Assembly (NCBI GenBank): GCA_963775425.1
Contig: CAVZJB010000011.1
Span: 864,001-928,000 of the forward strand
Direction: 5' to 3'
Length of the DNA: 64,000 bases
Source: an uncultured delta proteobacterium
Lineage (GTDB): Bacteria > Myxococcota > UBA727 > VGSZ01
Both the position numbers and the translations under genes were made by a program. The notes under the pieces were generated by a model that was given only the letters and a program-made list of their open reading frames with translations, did not search any database and was not told where the DNA came from. Shown in pieces: positions 20,418 through 28,779 of the stretch; within the stretch, counting starts at the first letter, position 1, and every line of letters begins with the position of its first letter.

Positions 20418-20437
20418 GAGTTGCGCGGAGTTGCGCA
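20418..20437 (+). promoter_or_regulatory. Second copy of the GAGTTGCGC(G/A) tandem decamer
   Basis: GAGTTGCGCG-GAGTTGCGCA, 65 bp upstream of ATG 20502. Confidence 0.4.
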
Positions 20438-20501
20438 TGGACGTGGATGTGAGTCCGTTGCGCCCGTGTCCGAGGACACCGGCCGGTCCGATGTTCAGAT
20501 C

Positions 20502-21908
20502 ATGATGCGAACGCTCCTCGTCACCGTCGTCGCCGCAGCAGCCACGGCCGCGCACGCGCTCCCCTCGGGGCCGCGCGTGTTCTGCGACCTCTACCCCGAC
20601 GCGCCCGACTGCCGTGGCGTCGTCGTCTCGTGCGCGCAGTGCCACGACGGAGCACCGCCGGCGCTGAACGTCTACGGCGCGGATCTCGACGCAGCGCTCT
20701 ACGAAGCGGACCCCGGCTTCGACCTCGCGCAGTTCGACGCGGAGCTCCCCGCCGCGCTCGCCGCGGTCGAGGGCGACGACAGCGACGGCGACGGCCCGAG
20801 CAACCTCGAGGAGATCATGCTCGGCACGCTCCCGGGCGACGCGAACAGCCACCCCGCGGCGCCGGCGCCGGCGCCGCCGGCGGCGACGCTGCCGAACCCG
20901 TATTACTCCGTGGGCGAGTGGGACGCCGCCGTGGCGCTCAAGCGCGTGGGCAGCGTCTTCTGTGGGACGTCGCCGACGTACGAGGACATGGCCGCGCTGC
21001 GCGACGCGCCCGACCCGCGCGAGGTCGTGCACGCCCGGCTGTCGGAGTGCCTCGACGGCGACTATTGGAGGAGCGAGGCGCTCCACCGCCTGGCCGACAA
21101 CAAGATCCGCCCGCTGAAGGTCGTCGGCGCCGACGGCGACGTCGTCCTCGCCGACTATGAGTGGGACTATCGGCTCTTCTCGTACGTGCTCACGGGCGAC
21201 CGCGACGCGCGCGATCTGCTCCTCGCCGACTATCACATCGACGAAAACGGCAACCGCGTCTCCTTCGTGGTGCGCGAGCCCTTCAGCCTCTCTTCGCCGC
21301 TGCGCATCGGCACGGGGCAGCCGGTACAGCCGGCCCGGCGGGCGGGGATGATCACCACGCAGTGGTTCCTCGTGATGAACACGATGTTCAGCCGACTGCC
21401 GCGCACCACGGCGGCGCAGGCGTACCGCGCCTACCTGGGCCAGGACATCGCGAAGAGCGAAGGCCTCCACCCCGTCGAGGGCGAGCCCCGCGACGTCGAC
21501 CACAAGGGGGTGAGCCAACCCGCGTGCGCCGCGTGTCACAGCACGCTCGATCCGCTCGCCTACTCGTTCTCCACGTACAACGGCATCGATCTGTCGAACC
21601 CCTTGTTGCTGCCGTTCACCAACCCGCTCGGCGCGTACAACCCGCTGCGCACGCCGTGGGGCGGCGACGGGGTGCTGCTCGACCAGCCGGTCTCGGACCT
21701 CGTGGCGTGGGCACAGGTCGCGGCCAACAGCGACGAGTTCAAGCGCAACCTCGCGCTCATGTTCTTCCGCGCTGCCGTGGGCCGCGACCCGGGTCCGGAC
21801 GACCAGGACCAGCTCGCCGCGCTGTGGAACGCGATGCCCGAGGACAACTACTCCGCCAACAAGCTCATTCACCGCATCGTCGACACCGATGCCTTTGGGG
21901 TGCCGTGA
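20502..21908 (+). CDS. Secreted protein with two CxxCH motifs (DUF1588/DUF1585-like C-terminus) and a Ca-binding DSDGDG repeat
   Basis: Signal peptide; CAQCH and CAACHSTLDPL; DSDGDGPSNLEE...TLPGD; RRAGMITT. Confidence 0.7.
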   Translation: MMRTLLVTVVAAAATAAHALPSGPRVFCDLYPDAPDCRGVVVSCAQCHDGAPPALNVYGADLDAALYEADPGFDLAQFDAELPAALAAVEGDDSDGDGPSNLEEIMLGTLPGDANSHPAAPAPAPPAATLPNPYYSVGEWDAAVALKRVGSVFCGTSPTYEDMAALRDAPDPREVVHARLSECLDGDYWRSEALHRLADNKIRPLKVVGADGDVVLADYEWDYRLFSYVLTGDRDARDLLLADYHIDENGNRVSFVVREPFSLSSPLRIGTGQPVQPARRAGMITTQWFLVMNTMFSRLPRTTAAQAYRAYLGQDIAKSEGLHPVEGEPRDVDHKGVSQPACAACHSTLDPLAYSFSTYNGIDLSNPLLLPFTNPLGAYNPLRTPWGGDGVLLDQPVSDLVAWAQVAANSDEFKRNLALMFFRAAVGRDPGPDDQDQLAALWNAMPEDNYSANKLIHRIVDTDAFGVP

Positions 21909-22645
21909 TGAACCGCCTGCTCACCTCGTGTTTCGCGCTCGTCCTCGTGTCCGCCGCCTGCGTCGGCGACCCGCCGTCGCGGACGCCCGCGACCGCAGAC
22001 GGAGGGGGCTCGACGAGCGCCCAATCCGGCGGCGTCGTCGTCGGCGTCGGCGCCGGCGGCACGAACGACGCCGGCGACAGCGGCGACGACGGCGGCGGCG
22101 CCACGGCTCCCGCGCCGCCCGCGCCGACGATGGCCACCGCGACGCGCGACACCGTCGTATGGAAGAGGTACCGCGCCGTCGAAAACGACCTCATGCGCGC
22201 GCTGGCGCTGCCGAAGGACGAGCTGTGCCACGAGCTGGGCTCGTTTTCGTGCGTCGACGACGCGCACCTCGCGGCGCTCGGCGGCAACGAGCCTTTCGAG
22301 CTCACGCAGTACGTGCCCGTACCCGCCCCGACGGTCACGACGCCGTTCGCGCTCGAGCGCGTGGTGCTGTCGGCGTGCGCCCGGCGCGCCGAGCTCGACG
22401 CGGCCCAGCCGCCCGAGGCGCGCGCCGTGTTCACGGCGTTCGAGCTCACCCCCGGCGCCACCGTGGACGCCGCCTCGCTCGACGCGCTCGGCACCACGCT
22501 CTACCGGCGCCTGCTCGCGCGCGACCCGCTCCCCGAAGAGCTCGCTGCGCTGCAGCCGCTGCGCGACGACGATACCGCCGCGCTCGACGTCGCCAAGCTC
22601 GCGTGCTTCGCGGTCGGCACCACCGTCGAATTCAGCTTCCAGTGA
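21908..22645 (+). CDS. Hypothetical lipoprotein (partner of the CxxCH and DUF1501 genes)
   Basis: Overlaps the upstream stop (TGATG); LVSAAC lipobox; LYRRLLARDP...AVGTTVEF C-terminus. Confidence 0.7.
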   Translation: MNRLLTSCFALVLVSAACVGDPPSRTPATADGGGSTSAQSGGVVVGVGAGGTNDAGDSGDDGGGATAPAPPAPTMATATRDTVVWKRYRAVENDLMRALALPKDELCHELGSFSCVDDAHLAALGGNEPFELTQYVPVPAPTVTTPFALERVVLSACARRAELDAAQPPEARAVFTAFELTPGATVDAASLDALGTTLYRRLLARDPLPEELAALQPLRDDDTAALDVAKLACFAVGTTVEFSFQ

Positions 22646-22659
22646 TCAGGAGCCCAGCC

Positions 22660-24115
22660 ATGCACATGAACCGACGCAAGTTGCTCAAGTCCGCCGCCAC
22701 CGCCGCCGTGTCCCTCGGCGCGGCCTCGCTCCTGTCCCGGCGCGCGCGCGCCGACGGCGGCGCCGACGACCGCAAGTACCTCTTCGTGGTCGGGGCGTTC
22801 GGCGGCGCGAGCATCGTCGACAGCTTCCTGCCGATCTTGTCGAGCGAGTCCGCCGTCGGCTGCGCGTACGACGCGTCGCTGGTGTCGCAGCCCGCCGGGT
22901 CGAACCTCCGGTGCACCAAGCCGCTCGACGACACGATCCAGGGCGTCATCGCCCTCGGCGACGGCTACGACCTGTCGACGTTCCTCTCGAAGCACGGCGC
23001 CGACACCGCCGTCGTCACGCAGGAGGCCTCGAGCGTGAACCACCTCGTCGCTGCGCGGCGCGCGCTCACCGGCAACCACGTGAACGCCGGGCGCACGCTC
23101 CTCGAGGCGGCGGCGTTGCGCCACGGTGACGGGCTCATCCTGCCCGCCTGCACCATGGGCGGCGGCGGCTACTCGGACCCCGGCGACGACGCCACCGTCC
23201 CCGACGAGGCGCGGGCGGTGCCCGTGATGGACGCGCGCCTGTTCGCGTTCTCGACGAGCGGCACCAAGGGCGTAAACGGCGCCCCCGACGCTGCGCTCGT
23301 CGAGCGCGCCCGCGCGGTGCGCGCCGCGCTCGAGGCGCGCTCCGGCTTCGATCAGACGTTCGGCACCACGTCGGTCATCTCGCGCTTCAAGCGGAGCCGC
23401 GACGTCGTGGGGCCGCGCATGGAGGCGGCAGATTCTGATCACCAAGCTCATGATGCTCCCCCCCGACGCCGGCGCACGGAGCTTCGCCGAGGCCGGCCTC
23501 GAACAGTCGGCGGACGGCGAGCTCGTGTTGTCGAAGTTCCCGTCGCTCACGCGCGACCCTTTCGAGGCGCAAGCCGCGCTCGCCTTCCTGCTCGTCAAAA
23601 ACGGCGTGTCGTGCGCGGTGACGCTGGGGCCGCCGTCGTCGCCGCTGTTCAACGAGACCGGGACGCGCGCCTACACGGCGCCCATCGGCTTCGATTGGTC
23701 GCACACCGATCACCGCGGCGCGCAGAACGCCATGTGGGGCAGGGTGATGCATGTGGTCGACGGCCTCGTCGAGCTGTTGAAGAGCGTCGAGGCACCCGGC
23801 GGCGGCGGCGCGTCTTTGTGGAGCAAGAGCCTCGTGTACGTCGCCACGGAGTTCGGCCGCGACAAGGTTGGCGCCGGCGGCTCCGGTCACCACCTCAACA
23901 ACGGCAACGTGCTCGTGTCGCCGCTGTTGAACGGCGACCGCATCTACGGCGGCGTGGATGCCGGCACCGCGCTCACGTACGGCTTTGATCCGTCGACGGG
24001 CGCGCCGGCGCCCGGGACCGCGATGCACGAAGGCGATCTCTACAGCGCCGTGTGCCACGCGCTCGACATCGACTTCGCCGGCCGCCGCGACATGCCCTGC
24101 ATGGTCCGCGGCTGA
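22660..24115 (+). pseudogene. DUF1501-family Tat-exported protein with a +1 frameshift at 23433-23434
   Basis: NRRKLLK twin-Arg signal; FDWSH and ATEFGR motifs, GHHLNNG, YGG. Deleting one T of gattctgatc restores MEAADLITKLMM. Confidence 0.72.
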
Positions 24116-24137
24116 CGAGCCCGCGCGGTGGCCCCGC

Positions 24138-25070
24138 CTACTCGAGGGCGCCGGCAACGGCGACCGCGCCGCCGGCGACGACGACGACGGCGGCGATGGC
24201 GGCGCCGATCCACAGCGCCTGGCCGGCCGCGGACGCATCGTTGAATTCCCGGGCCGTCACGTCGCTGCGGTGCGCGGGATCCGGCGTGACGACGAGCGCC
24301 GCCGCCGCCATCCCCACCGCGGCCAACGCAGCGAGCCCCGCCGCGCCGCCGCCGGCGAGCAGGAGCGCGGACGGCCCGCCCTCCGCCCCCGCGCCGCGGC
24401 CGCCGTCCCCCGCCGCACCGTCGGGCGCGCGGCCGCCGGGAGCAGGCGGGTGCTCGTCGGCGCCGCCGGCTCCAGGCTCCTTGAACGTGAGGGACGCGTG
24501 CCCGACGACACCCGCGGACACGACGGCCTCCTGCGTCGCCTCGCGTCCGTCGCCGCTGCGCGCGTGGAGCGTGTGCGGGCCCGGCGCGAGCGCCACGGTG
24601 AGCGGCGCTGCGCCGCGGGCGGCCCCGTCGACATCGACGGCGGCGCCGGCTTCGGCGTCGATGGCGAGGCTCCCGGTGGGCTGCTCGCCGGCGAGCGCCG
24701 CCGCCACGAGGGCGCGCACCGTAGCGGCGCGCGAAGGCGGCGACAGCGGGCTCCTGGCGCGGCGCGCCAGCGAAGAGGAAGCGTCCACGAGCATCGCCTC
24801 GGCGGCGGCGTCCGAGCCGCACACGACGAGGACGTACGGGGTCTTGGCGAAGGCGCCGACGCGGGCGAGGCACGGGGCGTCGTCGAGGCCGCAGTGGATG
24901 CCGAGCGACGCCGCCGAAGCGACGTGCTTCTTCATCTCTTCCATGGGCACCGCCGTGAAGCGCGCCGACGTCGCCAACGCGTCGAGCACCGCGGCGCGAT
25001 CCTCGTCGCGCTCGACGATGACGCCGAGCCTGGGCGAGGCGGACAACAGACACAGGGCGATGGCGAGCAC
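24138..25070 (-). CDS. PEGA-domain protein with C-terminal TM helices
   Basis: CGLDDAPCLARVG; GAAVDVDGAARGAAPL...LAPGPHTL (PEGA); C-terminal hydrophobic pair. Confidence 0.75.
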   Translation of the reverse strand: MLAIALCLLSASPRLGVIVERDEDRAAVLDALATSARFTAVPMEEMKKHVASAASLGIHCGLDDAPCLARVGAFAKTPYVLVVCGSDAAAEAMLVDASSSLARRARSPLSPPSRAATVRALVAAALAGEQPTGSLAIDAEAGAAVDVDGAARGAAPLTVALAPGPHTLHARSGDGREATQEAVVSAGVVGHASLTFKEPGAGGADEHPPAPGGRAPDGAAGDGGRGAGAEGGPSALLLAGGGAAGLAALAAVGMAAAALVVTPDPAHRSDVTAREFNDASAAGQALWIGAAIAAVVVVAGGAVAVAGALE

Positions 25071-25090
25071 GGCGGCAGTCTACCCTCGCG

Positions 25091-26974
25091 TCACCGCTTC
25101 GCGCAGCGACGCGCGCAGTCGTCGGCTTCGCCCACGACGCGCATGATTTCGCTGCCGGACATCGTCGCCAACCGAGCGCGCTTGGCCAAAAGCGGCGCCG
25201 CGCAGCGCACGCGCTTCGTGCAGCTCCGTTCGAGATACACGAGCGTGTCCTTGAGGTCGCCCTTGGGCGGCGGCGGCGGCGCGCGAGCGTGCTCGCGGTG
25301 CTCGGGCCGGGGCGGCCGCGCCGCGGCCGGGCGCGCGGCCACCACGGCGTCGGTCTCGTCGGCGTCGTCGTCGGCGTCGTCGAAGGTGCCGGCGTCGTCG
25401 GCGTCGTCGTCGGCGGTGGCGACGTCGAAGGTGCCCGCGTCGAAGGTGCCCGCGTCGAAGGTCGCGTGGTCGGCGGTGGCGACGTCGACGGCGCCCGCGT
25501 CGCGCGGCGCCGTGGCGACGACGCCCGCGTCCGCGCCCGCCGACGCGGCGCGCCACGCGTGCACGGCAAAGGCGCCCGCGCCGGCGACCAGGACGAGCGC
25601 GGCGGCGCCCGCGAGCAGGCGGCCGGACCGGCGCGGCTCGGCGACGACGACCGGCGTCGCCACCGACTTCGGCACGGCCGACGACGACGCCGGTGAAGGC
25701 ATGGTGGGCTCGAGCGTCGACATCGTCGGCAGCAGCGTGGGCGACGGCGCGGGCCGCACCTCGGTCTCCACGGGCTCTTCGAGCGGGATGACCCGCGCGC
25801 CGTCCGCGCGGCCGACCTTCTCCGTGAACACGGAGTCCGCCGTCGATGAGCCGGCGGCGGCGTCCTCCACCTCCGTGGCCACGTCGGCGTTGAAGGGCAC
25901 GTTCACCCGCGTCGCCGCGTCCGCGAGGGCAGGCGGGGCGGGCGCGTTTTTGACGACGGTGCGCGCGCTCGGGTCGATGGGGCCGCCGCCGCCGAGCCGG
26001 CCGCTGCCGATCGCCAGGCGCGCGCGCAGCGCCCGCTTCTCGTCATCGAGCTCGGCGTCGAGGATGGCGCACAGCGCGCGGCTCGCCCCGGGCTCGCGGC
26101 GCGCGGGCAGATCGTCGAGGGCGACGAGGAGCTCGCGGCAGGTGGCGAAGCGGCGGGCGGGATCGGCGTCGAGCGCCCGCCGCAAGAGCTCGCGCAGCGG
26201 CGAATTGATGCGGTCGAGCGCCGCCGGCCGGTGCGACCCCCACAGCACGAGCGGGATCAGGCGCTTGTCGTCCACGCCTTCGAAGAAGCGCTCGCCGATG
26301 AGGAGCTCGACGAGCATCACCGCGGTGGAAAACTGGTCGGCCCGGCCGTCGACGTGCTCCCCCTTGGCCTGCTCCGGCGCCATGTACCTGAGCTTGCCGA
26401 CGATCATGTGCTCGCCGGTGGGGTTGTCGCCGGCGTCGCGCATCGAGGAGCGCGCGAGACCGAAGTCGATGAGCTTCACCTCGCCTTCGAACGTCACCAT
26501 CAAATTGTGAGGCGACACGTCACGGTGGACGATCTGCAGCGAGCGCCCCGTGACCGGGTCGGTGAGGCGATGCGCGTAGTCGAGGGCTTCGAGCGTCTCA
26601 CACGCGAGGTAGAGGGCCACGTGCGCCGGCAGCTTCTTGCCGCGGTCCTGCAGGCGGTGAAACAAGGTGCCGACGTCGACGCCGTTGACGACGTCCATGG
26701 CGAGGTAGTGCTCGTCGCCGACGATGCCGACGTCGAACACGGTGCAGATGTTCCGGTGGTTGAGGCGCGTGGCCACGCGCGCCTCCTCGACGAACCGCGT
26801 GAGGTGCGTGCTCGAGTGTGCGTGCACGGCGCGCATGGTCTTGACGACACAGAGCCTGTCGGCGCCCGCGATGCCCTCGCGGCGCGCGAGGTACACCGAG
26901 CCCATGCCCCCCTCGCCGAGTTGCTCCACGAGCCAGTAGGCCCCGAACCGCTTCGGGGAAAACGGCGTCAGCAC
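25091..26974 (-). CDS. Membrane Ser/Thr protein kinase (Hanks type)
   Basis: LGEGGMGSVY, VVK, HRDVSPHN, DFG, YMAPE; TM helix; DAGT repeats; Cys-containing C-terminus. Confidence 0.93.
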   Translation of the reverse strand: MLTPFSPKRFGAYWLVEQLGEGGMGSVYLARREGIAGADRLCVVKTMRAVHAHSSTHLTRFVEEARVATRLNHRNICTVFDVGIVGDEHYLAMDVVNGVDVGTLFHRLQDRGKKLPAHVALYLACETLEALDYAHRLTDPVTGRSLQIVHRDVSPHNLMVTFEGEVKLIDFGLARSSMRDAGDNPTGEHMIVGKLRYMAPEQAKGEHVDGRADQFSTAVMLVELLIGERFFEGVDDKRLIPLVLWGSHRPAALDRINSPLRELLRRALDADPARRFATCRELLVALDDLPARREPGASRALCAILDAELDDEKRALRARLAIGSGRLGGGGPIDPSARTVVKNAPAPPALADAATRVNVPFNADVATEVEDAAAGSSTADSVFTEKVGRADGARVIPLEEPVETEVRPAPSPTLLPTMSTLEPTMPSPASSSAVPKSVATPVVVAEPRRSGRLLAGAAALVLVAGAGAFAVHAWRAASAGADAGVVATAPRDAGAVDVATADHATFDAGTFDAGTFDVATADDDADDAGTFDDADDDADETDAVVAARPAAARPPRPEHREHARAPPPPPKGDLKDTLVYLERSCTKRVRCAAPLLAKRARLATMSGSEIMRVVGEADDCARRCAKR

Positions 26975-28335
26975 GACCCGCAGCTCACCCCGTCTTGCTG
27001 CACGACGACGGCCGAAGGCGACAGTCCGAGCGCGCAGATCGGCGGAAGAATGACGGCACAGGACGTATGGCTGTTGATCTGGACGCTGTTGTCGACGTGG
27101 GTGATCCCGTCGAGCGCGAACACGAGGCCGGGTCCGTTGGCGGCGATCTGCAGGCGCGCCGCCGAGATCAGCTGCGAGATGTCCAGCGAGCCGAGGCCGC
27201 TGTTGGCGTTGATGGTGAGGTCGCCGCCGACGACGCGGAGCGATGACAGATCCAGGACGCCGAGGGAGCCGTTGTTGGTGAAGGTCAGATCACCGCCGAC
27301 GCTCGACAGGAGCGGGGCACTGAGCTCCACGAGCCGATCGGTGGCGGAGCCCGTGACAGCGCCGCTCACGCTTCGCAGGACGGAGGCGTTCACGCTCCAG
27401 GTATCGGGGGAGTCGTTTGTCTCGTCGAGGGCGATGGAGGCCGCCTCGAGCAGCGTGTCGAGGTTGCGCTGGTGGGTGATGCTCGTCGGCGGGGGGCTTT
27501 GAATGGTGAGCGCGCCGTCGATGAATTGGACGCTGTCCTGCTCGACCTCGGCGAAGTCGGTGTCGCCGAAGAAGAAGACGAGCGGGCCGCTGCGGGCGCG
27601 GTCGCCACCGCCGTCGTTGGTACAGGTCAGCTCGACCAAGCTCAGGCCCGATCCCACGATCTCCGCCTTCTGACTCTCGCCCGGCGTCACGACGGAGACG
27701 CCGCCGGCCCCCGTGGCGACGTGGGTCACGACCGCCACGCACTCCGTGGCGCCCTCGACGCTGTAATCGATGAACGCGCCCGCGCCGATGGCACCGTCGA
27801 ACGCGGAGAACCTCGGAATGACGTTGATTACGCCGCTCTCCTCGACGCCCCCCGCGCCGTCGTCACAGAAGGCAAACGCCGTGAGCTGCTCTGTGAGCGT
27901 GACGTCGATGAAGAGGCCCACGCCGCCGTCGCCGCTGTCTTCGGCGACGGTGGCGGAGGCGTCGTCGAGCCGCAGCGAGCACGGCGTCGCGCGGTTCGTC
28001 GTGAGGCCGACGGTGACCGTCGAGGAAAACAGGAAGGAGCCTGTCCCGCTGAGCGTAATGACGACGTCACCTTCGCCCTCGCCTTCGCCTTCGCCCTCGC
28101 CCTCTCCTTCGCCTTCGCCTTCGCCCTCACCTTCGCCTTCTCCTTCTCCTTCGCCCTCACCTTCGCCTTCGCCTTCGCCCTCACCTTCGCCCTCGCCCGC
28201 GCCCGGGGCGCAGAACCCGTCGGCGCGGCATGCCTGGCCCGCCGGGCAGGGCGTATCGAGGTCGCACGCCAAGGGGAGCGGCGCGCACGACGCCGCGCAG
28301 GCGATGCCGAGGACGGCGAGGACGAGACGCACCAT
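26968..28335 (-). CDS. Lipoprotein with a Cys-rich module, (GE)21 and receptor-L-domain-like C-terminus
   Basis: CAASC lipobox; C-x5-C-x5-C-x5-C module; LxxVGGDLTxxxN repeats. Confidence 0.75.
   Translation of the reverse strand: MVRLVLAVLGIACAASCAPLPLACDLDTPCPAGQACRADGFCAPGAGEGEGEGEGEGEGEGEGEGEGEGEGEGEGEGEGEGEGEGEGEGDVVITLSGTGSFLFSSTVTVGLTTNRATPCSLRLDDASATVAEDSGDGGVGLFIDVTLTEQLTAFAFCDDGAGGVEESGVINVIPRFSAFDGAIGAGAFIDYSVEGATECVAVVTHVATGAGGVSVVTPGESQKAEIVGSGLSLVELTCTNDGGGDRARSGPLVFFFGDTDFAEVEQDSVQFIDGALTIQSPPPTSITHQRNLDTLLEAASIALDETNDSPDTWSVNASVLRSVSGAVTGSATDRLVELSAPLLSSVGGDLTFTNNGSLGVLDLSSLRVVGGDLTINANSGLGSLDISQLISAARLQIAANGPGLVFALDGITHVDNSVQINSHTSCAVILPPICALGLSPSAVVVQQDGVSCGSC
28069..28197 (-). 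repeat. Hexamer coding repeat for (Gly-Glu)21-Gly
   Basis: 129 bp of CCTTCG/CCCTCG/CCTCAC/CCTTCT variants. Confidence 0.95.
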
Positions 28336-28377
28336 GCCGGAGCATACCTCCGCCGCGCCGACTTCGTGGCGACCGGA

Positions 28378-28442
28378 GCGCTTGATCAGCGACCGGAGGG
28401 AGCGGCCGCGCTTGATCAGCGACCGGAGGGAGCGGCCGCGCT
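28378..28442. repeat. Tandem 30-bp REP-like repeat
   Basis: GCGCTTGATCAGCGACCGGAGGGAGCGGCC occurs twice exactly, plus partial flanking copies; intergenic. Confidence 0.85.
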
Positions 28443-28444
28443 GG

Positions 28445-28777
28445 TCACGCGAGCTGCTCGCCACTCTTCAGCGTCGCGACCCTGCCGCGTACGAGGCCCC
28501 ACGCTTTCAAGAACGCCCAGGACATCGAGCGGTCCTTGCTCAAGGCGAACGCGAGAGCGTCGTCGCGCACGGACGCCGCCAGCGCGAAGTAGACCCCACC
28601 CGTGGACGTCGACGTCAACCGCGGCGCCGCGGGGTCGCCGTCGATGCGGTCGCGCGCCGCGCGCCATGTGGCGGTGAAGAGCGCGGAGTCCGTGATGCCG
28701 AGGCGGTCTGCGGCGGCGTGGATCTCGCGGAAGGTCTCTTCGGGCATGAACAGCATGACGTCGACAGGGTCATCCAT
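28445..28777 (-). CDS. Tandem-domain TIGR04563 (MXAN_4361/4362)-like small ribbon-helix-helix protein
   Basis: LFMPEETFREI...W..ARDRI and YF...KDRSMSW...AW...RV both resemble the recalled family pattern SLYFPEEML.EI...DRSLSW....AW..AR..I. Confidence 0.6.
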   Translation of the reverse strand: MDDPVDVMLFMPEETFREIHAAADRLGITDSALFTATWRAARDRIDGDPAAPRLTSTSTGGVYFALAASVRDDALAFALSKDRSMSWAFLKAWGLVRGRVATLKSGEQLA

Positions 28778-28779
28778 GC

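Noticed and set aside
21889-23988. 699-aa ORF as a single protein
   Set aside because: Only 22660-23433 is real coding sequence; the remainder is out of frame.
28378-28442. 30-bp repeats as a CRISPR array
   Set aside because: Head-to-tail copies with no spacers, and no cas genes in the window.
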